Part shown: positions 23,574-35,459 of the stretch, piece by piece
How positions within the stretch are numbered: position 1 is the first letter of the stretch
Layout of the letters: each line of letters starts with the position of its first letter
Origin: Anthoceros angustus
Taxonomy: Eukaryota > Plantae > Anthocerotophyta
DNA length: 64,000 bases
Direction of reading: 5' to 3'
NCBI GenBank assembly: GCA_010909165.1
Contig: MU008171.1
Location: 248,001 to 312,000 of the forward strand
Made by a program: the position numbers and the translations under genes
The notes under the pieces: generated by a model
What the model saw: the letters and a program-made list of their open reading frames with translations, nothing else
What the model was told of the DNA's origin: nothing
Databases searched by the model: none

Positions 23574-25278
23574 TTACAAGATCGGAGGCGTGTAGCCCAT
23601 GCTGTTTAAATCAATATACTGCGAGGGAATCTGTCGGGTGCGATGGATTCTCATTGCGACAAAGGCGGCACCAGCTGCTGTCAGTACCACGAATGTGATC
23701 AATATCACGGCCACGGTATGGCCGCCCTCACGTTTCTTGGATTCAGTAGAAGCTTGCTGCTGCGCCCAGCTCCAACTTTTGTCTCCTGCTTTGTTTTTGC
23801 CACCTGCTTCCACAAGAATCTTCTCGAGTCCACCCTGAGGACCAAGGAACGGAGGATACTCAAACAAATGAAAATACAAGTCGAGAAAAGCTTGAAGAAC
23901 AGCAGGAACAATCCCTCGGTACTTTACCTGCATCATCCCAGAGAAAGTCTGAGCGAGTTGTGCAACAATTTGCTGATGCACTGCCTGGGGCCTGGATTTC
24001 CCTTTGCACCAAGCACAAGTGAATTGTTGGGCCGGCACCTCGCAGACCCCTTCAAACCCAGGAATGGTGTCGTCTGCAAATAAGTCGCACACAGGCTTGT
24101 CCCACACTTTGGCAAATATATCCTTAGAAGTGGCTGAAGACATGCTTGTGTTGTAGCCATCACCATTCTGCTGAAGAGCTGTCATAACCTGCGTCCCCGT
24201 CCACGAAAAACTTCATTGTTTCACCAGTACCAGCGACGAGTAAAGCTACCAAGCAACAGACAAGGGTAGACACCGACCTCTCCAAAAGTAGCTGGCTGGC
24301 CACAACCGCAGGTCGTGGTTATGGAGTTGCACATTTTCTTGCAAGGAAGTCCCAGACTCATGGCCTGCAGCATGTCAGGAACAGCTTGTTGCAAAGCCAC
24401 AGCCAGGGGCTCCTTTCCCAGCACCACCGAGGAGATGAGAGGCTGCACATGCATAAACCAAGTCCCGAGAGACGGTGAACATTACATACAAACCGTGACA
24501 TGCTGGTTCAGTCCAGAAAGAGTGCAGTGCAGACAGCCCACCAGAATCTCATCCACGACCTTGTCGAATGTGCCACAGGCAGGCACAGTCTGCGCACACC
24601 AGAATTTGTGCAGCAAGTCATAGCATTCCGGGCAAGGTGTGTATCCTGTCCACGCCCAGGCACGAGCAAAGATTAGAGCCGCAGTCTCCACTCCTGCAAT
24701 CCCCTGCCCTGTCCTAACCAGCAAGCCGGCAGCTCCTTCCTTCCTGCCTACCTTCCTTTGCTGCTTTGTCTCTGAGCAACGCATCTGGGTCCTTGGACAC
24801 ATGCTCCTCCGCTTCCAGCCGGAAAGCGCAATCCACCAGCTTCCTCGAGGAGGCGCACAATTTTGCGTAGTCGGATCCAGCTGGCACCGGTACGCAGGCG
24901 GCGGAGCCTCCGAACAGATTGCATTGTCCCTCACCTCCCCGGCCGTGCGAGAGGATAGCCTCTCCCAGGCCCGAGAGGATCACTTTCTGCGACTGCCGAG
25001 GGAGAGAAGCAGCGCCTCGCAGCGCCTTGGCTATGTTGTCCAGAGCCAGCCAATCTGCACGCATCATCGCCCATGAGAGCCGGCATGGCATGGCATTTGC
25101 ATCGGGAGCGCACCCACAAGCGATCAAGGCAGGACGCATTACCTGCAGCCCGCGCGAAGGTGGGCACTCCCGGCTGATCCCGAGCTGCTTCCGCGCAGGC
25201 CGCAAACAGAGCAAGAGCCAGCAGCAGCAGCAGCAGCAGGGGACCCCATGCGCGCAAACGAGGCCTGGATTGGGCCAT
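23574..25278 (-). CDS. Type I membrane protein with signal peptide and Frizzled/Mid1-like cysteine-rich domain
   Basis: Signal peptide MAQSRPRLRAWGPLLLLLLLALALFAACAEA. Extracellular Cys pattern CVPVP..DYAKLC...PCPECYDLLHKFWCAQTVPAC...LPCKKMCNSITTTCGC. TM helix TVAVILITFVVLTAAGAAFVAM and short tail RIHRTRQIPSQYIDL. GT-AG junctions checked at 25143 and ~25060. Confidence 0.72.
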
Positions 25279-25359
25279 GGCTGGCAGGAGCAGCAGCAGC
25301 AGCAACTGCCTCGCTTCCCTCCCACGCTCACTCTTAGGGCAGCCGGGGCAAGACAGACC

Positions 25360-26714
25360 ATGGACGACAATCCCCGAGGCAAGCGCCCCCGGATTGGGCC
25401 TTCCCCGCAGGAACAGGCCCACCAGCTTGATGCCGAGGCCGAGTCATCGGTGGAGCAGCAGGAGCTGCCGCCAGAACAGCGGCTGGGCTGGTCCAGAGAG
25501 GAGGCTTGTGACAAATTGGTGGGCATCTCCGATGCACTCGTGGATTCCCTCTCCACCCTCACCTTCCAAGCTCCCGTCACTTGCGTGTGAGTAAGGCAAA
25601 GCAAGCCATGGCATCTTGCTGGAGATGCGGGATTTGCTTGCCTCACAGCTCGGCTGCCTTTGTGATGGATGTCATCCAGATACAATCCGCTGGTGTACGC
25701 AAGGGAACCGTATGTGCAGTATGTGAGGAAGCATGGTGTGCTAACACTCACTCCCGCATCGCTGTCTTGCTGCTGCTGCTGGTTGCGAGGGCCTGAGACT
25801 GGCTTGATGATCAGAGCATCCATGTTTATCGTGCAGGAGGGATGAGAGTTGAAGTCCTCCTGGTGGGCATGAACCCCGGCCCTTTCGGCATGGCTCAGGT
25901 AATGCTAAATGCTAAGTGCTGCTGGTCCTGCAAGTGCTGGGAGTGAGGCAAGCAGAAGAACGTTGTAGCAACCTGATGGGTGACTCACCTCATTGTTGAC
26001 ATGACGTTCAGACGGGGATACCATTCGGAGACAGCGTCATTGTACGCCAGTTTCTGGGAATAAGCGGCAGAGTGGATCAGCCAGAGGTTGTCCACCCCAA
26101 GAGACCGATCGATGGCTTGACCTGTTCAAGGCGTGAGGTAGGTGGGAGGGAACAACAATGCCAATCCCAATAGCATCACCATTCCCTTGGCCATGCATTG
26201 AAGTAGCATTTTTGGTGGCGGCAGGTGAGCGGGCAGAGGCTCTGGGGTTGGGCTCAGAAGCGTTTCACCTCGGCCACTTCGTTCTTCACTCGCTTCTGGG
26301 TGTACAATTTCTGTCCTCTGGCATTCATGGAAGCCTCTGGCAAGTAAGTAAGTGCGTTGTAATATGATATGGCATGCACCTTGCCTTGGCTGTCCCCTAG
26401 AAAGAAAGCTCGTTTCCTGCAGGAACCGCACACCTGACAAGATCAGACAGTGCGAGCGGGGAGAGTTGGAGGCCCGGTGCAGGAACGCGCTGGCCCAGGT
26501 CATCCAGTTGCTCCAACCCAGGCTGGTGGTCGGTGTAGGCGGCTATGCCAGGCAGCAGATAGAGCGGTGCGGTGTGCAGGATGTGGTGCAGGTGCAGGTG
26601 GGGCAGATCATGCATCCCAGCCCAGCCAATCCCAAAGCCAATAAAAACTGGGAAGACGTCATCGAGCTGCAACTACGTGACCTGGGAGTAGAACTTGAAC
26701 AACCAGCAGCATAG
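25360..26714 (+). CDS. SMUG1: Single-strand-selective monofunctional uracil-DNA glycosylase (UDG family 3)
   Basis: Six exons splice in frame: [93 protein letters not shown]. These are the SMUG1 signature motifs ([17 protein letters not shown].NP.AN). Confidence 0.93.
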
Positions 26715-27627
26715 CATAGGAAAAAAGAAATTCTTGCGCCCATCACTTCACCACCACACCACTGGCTGCTGCTGTTCACTTTTCTGGTCCTGCCTGCTGA
26801 AGGAAATGAATCTCACTACAGTCAAATATTTCTCACAGGAAGAGGAGTTGTAGATTCAGGGAAGAATTCAAGAGGGCAGCTGAGTGGTATGATGGGGAAA
26901 CGTGGGAAGGAAAACCACAATCAGGTGGTAGGGAAGGTAGGGAAGGTAGGAATCTTGTCACTTGTGTACAGCACCCACAGGATAGCACCCGCTTTGGAAC
27001 GTTGTGAGAGAATTGGCAGACACTGCCAATAGGAAGGCGCATAGTACAATGTTCCATCTTTCAGAACATGGCTTAGGTGCTGGGTATAATGCAATGGAGA
27101 TGGCAAATGTTGAAGCAATCTCAAAACCCAGGTAGGGAATGTCGATATCAAACTGAAATGAATCCTGTCGCAATGCAAGAACTGTGAAGACTGTCGCCTT
27201 CCTCTCATTGACCGATCCTCGAGAGACCTTCGAAAACACCAAAAGCCCCGTACCTTCACAAAGTGACTACAGTCTGAAAGGGTGCAACTTGACAGCGTGA
27301 AACTGTCCTCCTTGTCAGGAAGACCGGATCGAAGGGTGGTCATGAATTCCTTGCCGCGGCTTGGCAATGCACATGGAGTAGGTAACAATTGGAATCAAAG
27401 CTTTTGGGGCATCGAATTGGCGGCCTTCGCCGGTCAGCCTTCCCTACCGTATTGAGAGAAATTGAGACAAGTGTGAACGAAGGGTGCATCGATCTCAGCT
27501 GCTGCCGGGCAAGATAGTTCACATCTCCTTCCTTCCTGTGCCGTATCTTCCACCCCGAAAGCTTTCCCTCAGGAAGTTGCGACGAGCATGGGAGATGGAT
27601 GAATCAAAGGACTAAGACAAGGGCGAG

Positions 27628-28638
27628 ATGTCGCCCCAGGTGTGCAGCATCTGCGCCCTTCTGCTTCCTCTGCTGGCCGTGACATTGCGCTGCCGAGCGC
27701 AGAATGTGGAATTCTCTATCAGCAACTTCACAGGAGCTGACATCCTGCTGAAGGGCAACTGCAGTGTGGCACCGGAAGGCTTTTTGCAGCTGGCTGTGAA
27801 TGCCGGTGAGCCCGAGGGGCATGCCGGTGCGAAGATTGTGTCCAGAGCAGTCTATGGCTCCCGTGTGCAGTTCTATGACACGAGGACTGGAGCGGAGGCC
27901 TCCTTCAACGTCTCCTTCACCTTCAGGATGCAATCCGTGCCGGGGCACAAAATAGGAGACGGGATGACCTTTGTCATCGCGCCCAGCCACGAGGCGAGGC
28001 CGCAGCCCAGCAACGCATACGGTGCTGGTAGTATCGGTCTCTACGTAGACCCTGTAAATCCTCCCGGGAATCCCAACTGGAAAGAATTGGCCGTGGAGTT
28101 CGACACCGCTTATGATGTACACGTCGATCCTGTGGGCGATTCCAACCATGTCGGACTGGACATCAACGACTTCCATTCTGTCAAGTGGCAGAACCTGTCA
28201 GTCTACGGCATTGAGCTCATTGACAGGAATACCAGTGCTACCGAGGCCTCTCCCGCATTGTCAGCTTGGATCGACTACTCTGCGGACAGGCAGGAGCTCC
28301 TGGTATACATGGCAGTAGGAGAAGGGTCTCACAAATCTAATGCTTCTCTTGTGCTTTCTTACAGCGGCTTGAAAGTCTCCGGGATCGTCAAACCGTATTC
28401 CTGTGTCGGATTCACGGCTGACACAGGTGAGTACTACATCCAGAACACCTACGTCTACAACTGGAGCTTCTCGAGCAGTGGCCTGCCTGAGCCTCAGCCG
28501 GGCAAGAAGAGCAACGCTGGCCTGGTTGCAGGCGTTGCAATTGGAGCTGCTCTTGTGGTAGTTGCTCTTGGCAGCGGCCTTTTGGGGTTCTTTTGCTGCA
28601 GGTCTGGAGGATCTTCCCGGAAGGAAGACCTGGCCTGA
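27628..28638 (+). CDS. L-type (legume) lectin receptor-like protein lacking a kinase domain
   Basis: Signal peptide, lectin motifs SFTF..GDGMTFVIAP and LAVEFDT...DSNHVGLDIN, AWIDYS, VGFTADTG, then TM AGLVAGVAIGAALVVVALGSGLLGFF and a stop about 14 aa later. Intronless, 336 aa. Confidence 0.88.
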   Translation: MSPQVCSICALLLPLLAVTLRCRAQNVEFSISNFTGADILLKGNCSVAPEGFLQLAVNAGEPEGHAGAKIVSRAVYGSRVQFYDTRTGAEASFNVSFTFRMQSVPGHKIGDGMTFVIAPSHEARPQPSNAYGAGSIGLYVDPVNPPGNPNWKELAVEFDTAYDVHVDPVGDSNHVGLDINDFHSVKWQNLSVYGIELIDRNTSATEASPALSAWIDYSADRQELLVYMAVGEGSHKSNASLVLSYSGLKVSGIVKPYSCVGFTADTGEYYIQNTYVYNWSFSSSGLPEPQPGKKSNAGLVAGVAIGAALVVVALGSGLLGFFCCRSGGSSRKEDLA

Positions 28639-28911
28639 GGCCCCTGTTGGACTACCTTCGTTCCTCAGGTCTACACCAGTTGCGGTGTACGGCTTTGATC
28701 TCCATAACACTCCCCGGGAAACGATAATGCCATCCCCAGGGATGCCCTGGTTGCAAGCTCAGCATTTCCCTATGTTGTTTCCTAGGATTCTGTTGTGTGA
28801 CCTCGAGTAGGGGTAATCTAGCAGGAGTAGGGGTAATCTAGCAGAGTTGATGGACTACATCAGCCCATCACTTGGGGCATTGAAGTTCAGGCTGGTACCC
28901 AAGTTACAGCC

Positions 28912-28973
28912 TTTAATAGCCCCAAGTTCACTTGGGGCTATTAAATCATGGCACAATTGCCATGATTTAATAG
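28912..28973. repeat. Two overlapping perfect inverted repeats (15-bp and 16-bp stems)
   Basis: tttaatagccccaag-ttca-cttggggctattaaa (28912-28945) overlaps ctattaaatcatggca-caat-tgccatgatttaatag (28938-28973). Confidence 0.85.
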
Positions 28974-29561
28974 GGCTTCTCAGCCTTTGGAGTTAGTTCA
29001 CGTAGACTTGTCTGGAGCTCTCCATGTTACTTCGTTAGGCGGAGCACGCCATTTTAGAAGGGCGCAGCTTTTCAGTGGTCAATTGTCGACTTCGTTTTTT
29101 TCGTGGAATTCGGACACCCAAGCGTGCATGTATCCAACTCCAACACCCATCACCTCCTCTTTTCTTAGGTAGCATGATGTACCTCATGGTTTGTACATGA
29201 CCGACTTGGCATATTCAGTGGAATCTTTGTCACAATTCCTAGCTAACTCTACACAGATCATTGGAACGCCATTAAGCGTGTATTTAGATATCTTAGAGTC
29301 ACCTCAAATATGGGACTCTTATATCATACACACATCAAGCAAGACAAGCCTCTTCAGCTCAAGGTTTTCAGTGATGCTAATTGGGCTGAAACTCGAACAA
29401 TAGGGAGAGCACTAGCGGCTCCGTCTACTTGCTTGAAGGCATAGCGATTAGCTGGTGCAGTAAAAGGCAAAAGGTTGTAGTTCTTAGCTCAACAGAAGTT
29501 GAACACTATTTCCTAACTCATCTTAGTAAGGAAGGAATTTGGCAGCTCCTACAACTATAGG

Positions 29562-29705
29562 AGCTAAGGGAAGTACAACAGATAGCCAGACCTCTTTATA
29601 GGGACAATCAGCTAAGGGAAGTACAATAGATACCTAGACCTCTGTATAGGGACAATCAGCTAAGGGAAGTACAACAGATACCCAGACCTCTTGATAGGGA
29701 CAATC
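29562..29705 (+). repeat. About 48-bp tandem repeat x3 inside the copia RNase H
   Basis: agctaagggaagtacaa(c/t)agata..cagacctct...tagggacaatc occurs three times. Confidence 0.85.
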
Positions 29706-29755
29706 AGGCAGCCATCGCACTCACGTACAATCCAAAGTTCCACGCATGTACAAAG

Positions 29756-32700
29756 TGACAGTATACGCTAGTTGTACAGGTCGTAGGTTAGGACAAACCC
29801 TAACCGTCAGGACACGACTCTTGGGTGTCCAAGACAGCGACATCTCATTCATTCATTTATACGATTACCAGCTCTCGCGAACGCTCGCACTTGTCATGGT
29901 ATCAAAGCGCTCAAGTCGGCCACTGGGCACCTGCAAAAGGACGATCTTTATCATCTCGACATGAAAGAAGAAAAGGCACTCTCCGCTGCTGACTTCACAC
30001 ACTATGCCAAACCCTCTCTTACGTACCTATGGCATCTTCACTGGTCATATCAATTTTAAGCTTGTGACTATGTACAAAGATAAGGTGGTGGAAGGTATCA
30101 CCTTGATAACTGCAGAATTTTGAGTATGCGGCTTGTGTACTAGGTAAACACAAGCGACGCCTTTCCCTCGGCAAAGCAACCCGAGCAACGGAGATATTAG
30201 GGCTAGTTCACGTGATGTATGTGGAAAACTCCGGTTTCTCTTGGAGGGAAGGAGTACTTTACCACATTTATTGATTTACTACACACGCTTTTGCGTAGTG
30301 TATTTTCAAGCAAAATCGATACTCTTGCATGCTTCAAAGAGTACAAGATATGGGTGAGACCCAAACCGTCATTCTGAAAACTGCATTCGATAATGGCGGA
30401 GAGTATGTCTCGAGAATTTGATGCGCAAACAAAGATGGCATAGGTAGGCAATTGATTTAATGCCCATACCCCATGAGAATGGGGTTTCGAGAATAAAAAT
30501 CGGTCTTTGGAGACATCTCGCTTCCAAAGATGCTTCATTATGCAAACTTGCCCAAAGCATACCGGGCGAGGCGTAAGTTATGCTACCTACATTCGTAATG
30601 GATAGCACATAACCGCTTAAGGCAAGACTCCTTACGAATTGTGGACAGCAGAAGCCCAATCTCTCGTGATCTTCGTGTGTTTGGCTCGTCGGTGTATACT
30701 CACATCCACAAGGACTGCGTGAAGTTCGAACCCAAGTCCACTCACCGCATTTTTATTGGGTTCACCAAGGAATCAAGGGTATAAGGTCCCAATGTAAGAA
30801 CGAGGGTAGTTACCCATTCACGTGATGTGGTGTTTGTCGAAGGCGTGGAATCTCACCAGCCAGTGGGAGCATCGTTGCCTGATTCTTCCAGCTCCGATGA
30901 TGGCTCTGAGAAGAGGAGGAGGAGATGATGGTCGGAGAACTCCGAGTTCCTCTTCCTGCCGCGCCTATCGTGCCTGTACCACCAGTGGCACCAGCAATAC
31001 CCCCGGCACCACAGTCACCGACTGCAGACACCGATGCGGACACCTGGACGCACGATTAGTAGCCGAAATTTACAAGCTACACCTTCAGCTGGGTCGTTGA
31101 GTTTTGAGGAGACAGAGACAGCGATCCCGTCCGCCTCACCGATGGACAGCGAAGGCCGGCTCAACATGCTACTCCCGAGCCTCGGCGGTCTCGGAGGCGT
31201 AGACCACCGCACGATGCGCGAGGATTTCGTATCCCAAGTCACATCTAACATCTTTGTTTAGCCGCCAACGCTACAGTATGAACCTCCAACCTACGGCAGC
31301 CCTCACCGTCGATGAGCATTGGTACAAAGCCATTCAACTGAGTTGGCATCTCGTATGAAAACCAAACTTGGACAATAGTCGCCTTCCCGCAGATAGGAAA
31401 CAAGTTGGCGCAAGTGGGTTTTAAGATAAAGTCAAGGCGATGGGAGCATTGCGTTACAAGGCAAGGTTGGTTGCAAAAGGGTATTCGCAAATACAGGTGG
31501 ACTACGATGATACGCTCACCAGAGTGAAGTCAATACTCGCATGTTTATAGCACTAGTCGGCGAATAATCTTGAGCTGGAGCAATGGACGTTACTACAAGA
31601 TTTTTGTATGGGAACCCGCACGAGGAGATTTTCATGCAAGTTCCAGGGAGTTCCAAAGTGCCTCCAAATGTGCCTCGTCCAAAGATGTAAGCTCCAAGAC
31701 TTTGTATGGGCTTAAACAAAGCTCCGAGCATGGTATGAAAGAATTCACACATACTTGATGACCTTGGATATGAAGGCTTACATGCCGAAGAATGTCTACG
31801 TAAAAGAGAAAGTAAAGATTTCTTGGCACTTGCCATTTATGTGGACGATATAATCATTCTCAGTAACTCTCTACGCATGATATTTGAATTAAAGGAGCAC
31901 TTGAGAAGAGCTTTTAAGACTACAGAAGCTGGTGCACTTGCCTATTGCCTAGGTATGCAGCTACATAGAAATCGAGGTGCGGGTACTATTTTCCTGTACC
32001 AACGTAAATATGCCTTGGAAATTTTAGAAAGATATGGCATGACTGGCTGCAAGCCTGTTGCGACTCCAGTAGAGCAAAATGTCAAGTATACATGCAAGTT
32101 AATATATACCAAGAGGACGCTCAATATGTTGAATTGTATCCTTCAAAGAATGGAAGCCTGATGCATTTGATGATAGGAAGCAGGCCTGATCTTGCCTTCA
32201 CCTCGGACTGACTTCACGGTTTGTTTCAAACCCCAACAGAACTCATGAGGACCTGATGACAAGGGTCTATAGGTACATTTCTGGAACAACAGATTGGGGA
32301 ATTTTGTATAGCTCAAAGGCAAAGAAGGCTCTGCATTTAGTCTTAGTGACGGAGACGAGGAGAGACATTAAGAGCATTAGTAGCTATGTTACAATCTTAG
32401 CGATGGTAATTTCTTGAGTAGTAAAAGGCAATCTACAATTGCACTATCATCTACTAAGCGGAATACAAGAGTTTAACGGAGGCGTGCAAGGAAAGCACTT
32501 GGTCAGTGGGAGCACTAAGGGAGCTCGGCATACCACAGGAGCTGCCGATAGACTTGTTGTGCGATAATCAGAGTGCAATTGCGTTGACAATGAACCCTCG
32601 CTTCCACGTAAGGACCAAACATATTGGAATCGAACATCATTACATTCGTGAGACTGTAGCTCAAGGTTTGGTAAGGATTTCCTACTGCCCTACAGAAGTC

Positions 32701-33118
32701 ATGACTGCAGACATCCTGACAAAGGCTTTGGGACGCATTAAGCATTACGAACATGCTGCCATGGGCCTAAGGTCCGGTAATCCTTTGAAGTGGAGCATAC
32801 CGCGAATCAAGAGTAAGTGGAACGTGAAGATTGACATGATGCCGATACCGCTTAATGACAGTTTCTTTGCGGGTTATCGTGTCTTCTTGTTAGATTTTAC
32901 GTTTCATAGCATTCGATTAAATTATATGTCAATATGACAATTTATACACATCCTAACTCTAGACCCGAGTGGAGTGACAAGATACGCTTAGTTGTATGCA
33001 GGTCGTAGGTTAGGACAAACCCTAACCGTCAGGACACGACTCTTGGGTGTCCAAGACAGCGACATCTCATTCATTCATTTATACGATTACCAGCTCTCGC
33101 GAACGCTCGCACTTGTCA
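29756..33118 (+). mobile_element. Nested Ty1/copia LTR retrotransposon with short LTRs, gag/protease deleted
   Basis: 5' LTR 29756-29896 and 3' LTR 32975-33118 (TGACA...TGTCA, nearly identical); 5-bp TSD CAAAG at 29751-29755 and 33119-33123; PBS TGGTATCAAAGC at 29897; internal pre-integrase, integrase (DNGGEY), RT (AIYVDDII) and RNase H (CDNQSAIAL..NPRFHVRTKH). Confidence 0.93.
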
Positions 33119-33483
33119 CAAAGCACGTGGAAATGTAGTTTCATTTTATGAGACATGTAGTAGAAGATGGCACGTTTGAAGTACGCTACTTCCCGACAGA
33201 GCAAATGATCGCTGACATGCTTACCAAAGCTCTTATCTCAATCAAATATCAGCAGCACTCAGTAGCAATGAGACTGGGAAGACTATTCGAAGTTAATGAT
33301 CAATGCTAAGCATTTAGAACTAATGTGGGAGTGTTAGAATTGTAGTGACGGGACCCTAGTTAGGGTACGTTTCGTAGGTACCACAAGGCACGCATCGTAT
33401 GGTTACGAGTAGAGCGTCGTTTTATCTTGTTGCTTAACAACGCTCTACACACACATGTATCATTTTGATCAATCTAAGAATGC

Positions 33484-33517
33484 GGGCCTAATCCCTAATC
33501 AATTAGGGATTAGGCCC
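33484..33517. repeat. Perfect 16-bp inverted repeat
   Basis: gggcctaatccctaat-ca-attagggattaggccc. Confidence 0.88.
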
Positions 33518-34802
33518 ATACAAAATTGTGACTTCACGCGGTCTTCCTTCCTTACCTGTCACGTATGTTCGGCCCCCGAGGCATTCCCTGACGTACTTGC
33601 GCCTGCGAGGTCGAGCTTGGAAGATCTTCAGCGCCTCGGGGATCGATGAATGGAGGGACTGATCGAAGAAAGACGAGATTGCATGTATGCCATTCAATAC
33701 ACGATAGTCTCCATTTCAGTCCCCTGACGGTGAGTGGAGTGTAAGAAAAATCGTCTTCTTCTGCCATAGCTATCGCCCTCCGGATCCGCAATGCAAGAAG
33801 TCTGAAGTTGTCTTTCCACACCTTTCTCGCAAGGACCCATCCTTGGATTGGAACGTGGGTAGGCTGGGTCTGTCAAAGTCCTTCGAATTCGACACCACCG
33901 AAAGTCGTGCCTCGACAAAGGGTTTAGGGGTGGCCCTCATGTCTTGCGGAGGATTGGCCAGGATGGGAGGCGGGACATTTTAGGGCGGATGGGAGACTGT
34001 AAGAAAGAGAGCCTGCAGCAGTGTCAAGAAGGAGGTGACCGTAGCTAGAGCATGTCTGTAGCAATGTACACTGTAGAGCTTTCTGGGCGTCTTGCCCTCC
34101 TTCGTTTTCACGTTCGTGTTCATGTTCAGTTTCCTTTGGAACGAACTAAATTTCGTTCCTTTGACGGATTCACTCAATGTGCAGTGTCAAGTGCTTGAAG
34201 TCTTGCCATCTCTGACGAAGGTCTTGCTCAAGCAAGGGGTCTTCCAGCAGACACTTACCACGAGGCAGTAGTACATAGTCCGCTACGGCCTTTTCAGTGA
34301 TCATCATAACTCTCCACTGTCAAACAGGACTGGGAGTTTGGCCACCTTGACTGTACGCGTGACACCTGCTCTGTAGCTCAGCGATATGCCTGTGGCATGC
34401 TGTCATACTGAGGACTGCCTCAGGCCTCAGGAGCAGCTGCGAAGCCCACCAGAGCTCGATGTGGTGCCCACTGTACGCCAGGAACCAAAGCGTTCTTTCT
34501 CGTGACAATGACTCATGCTCCGGTGGACCTGCGATACCAACAAAAAAACAGAAATCAGACTGCAGACTGCAGACTGCAGCGCTAGCAGTCTGAGAGAAAG
34601 CCTGGTGCAACTGTACGTCTTGTCAGGACGTCCGGTCGACTAGTAGGTGAGTGGAGGGAGCCTCGATGTCAGCTGCTGCCTTGGGCTGCGGGCAGAATAC
34701 TTTCTTCTTCCTTCCTGTCACTAATCTCTCGTAACCCACAAAGCTTTTCGTGAGGAATTTGGGAGAGAAGCGCCTGGCGGGACTGAGACAAAGACGAGCT
34801 CG

Positions 34803-35022
34803 ATGTTGCCCCACAGGTGCGCCCTTGTGATTGCTCTGGTGGCCATGGCCGTGAAATTGCACTGCCGTGCGCAGAATGTGGAGCTCTCCTCAGCAACTTC
34901 ACACGAGCGCACATGGCAGCTGCACTTTGACGGCGGGAGGAGTTTTGCAGCTGTCTGTGAACCTCAGCGACCCTGAGGGTCCTCCAGGTCGGGATACCGT
35001 GTCCAAAGCAGTCTATGGCGCT
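34803..35022 (+). pseudogene. 5' fragment of a second L-type lectin receptor kinase paralog
   Basis: Nucleotide similarity to 27628-27860 (atg t(c/t)gcccc...cgccctt...gcgcagaatgtgga...cagcaacttcaca...gcagtctatggc) with indels; truncated at ~35022. Confidence 0.75.
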
Positions 35023-35459
35023 ATGGCTCACCTGTGGGGATTATACTTAAAATAACTCATAACTAAACTACTTAAATCTTGGCCAAAAAGGTGCTTGATA
35101 GAAACACTTCCAGAAACAATTCCGATAACCTGTCGAAGAACGCATTACAAACGCATAGAGGGTCTCCCTGTCCGTGGACAATGCGGCGGCCCGTGTTAAG
35201 CCTCTAGAGACAAGGCGAGCTCCGGGCTACACGCTTTTCAAATATATCCTCCTTTAATAGCGGGCACACTACCATACCATACATTAGATGTACATAGGTT
35301 GGCACGTTTGAACTTGCACAGTGGAATCCAACGCGCTTGGAAATCAAGACAACATCAGCACAAATATCCTAAGTCTAAGTTTGTAGTTGTAGGAGGACTC
35401 TACATACTACCAGAATACAAGGTTCAATTCATCCCAATTCAAGATTAACATCCCAATAT

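Larger units (their letters stand above)
28980..33340 (+). mobile_element. Old Ty1/copia remnant (integrase, RT and RNase H fragments) split by a nested insertion
   Basis: LELVHVDLSGALHVTSLGGARHF (integrase), DLAYSVESLSQF (RT C-terminus), RNase H fragments. Removing 29756-33118 and one CAAAG restores FHACTKHVE..HFMR. Purine run gtgggag followed by tgttag at ~33325-33337. Confidence 0.78.

Noticed and set aside
24714-25823. 369-aa minus-strand ORF as a separate gene
   Set aside because: Its 3' part is exon 2 of the Fz-like gene; the rest is antisense read-through of GC-rich SMUG1 exons.
33340-34790. Solo LTR or gene between the copia block and the LecRK fragment
   Set aside because: No partner LTR, TSD or protein motif found.
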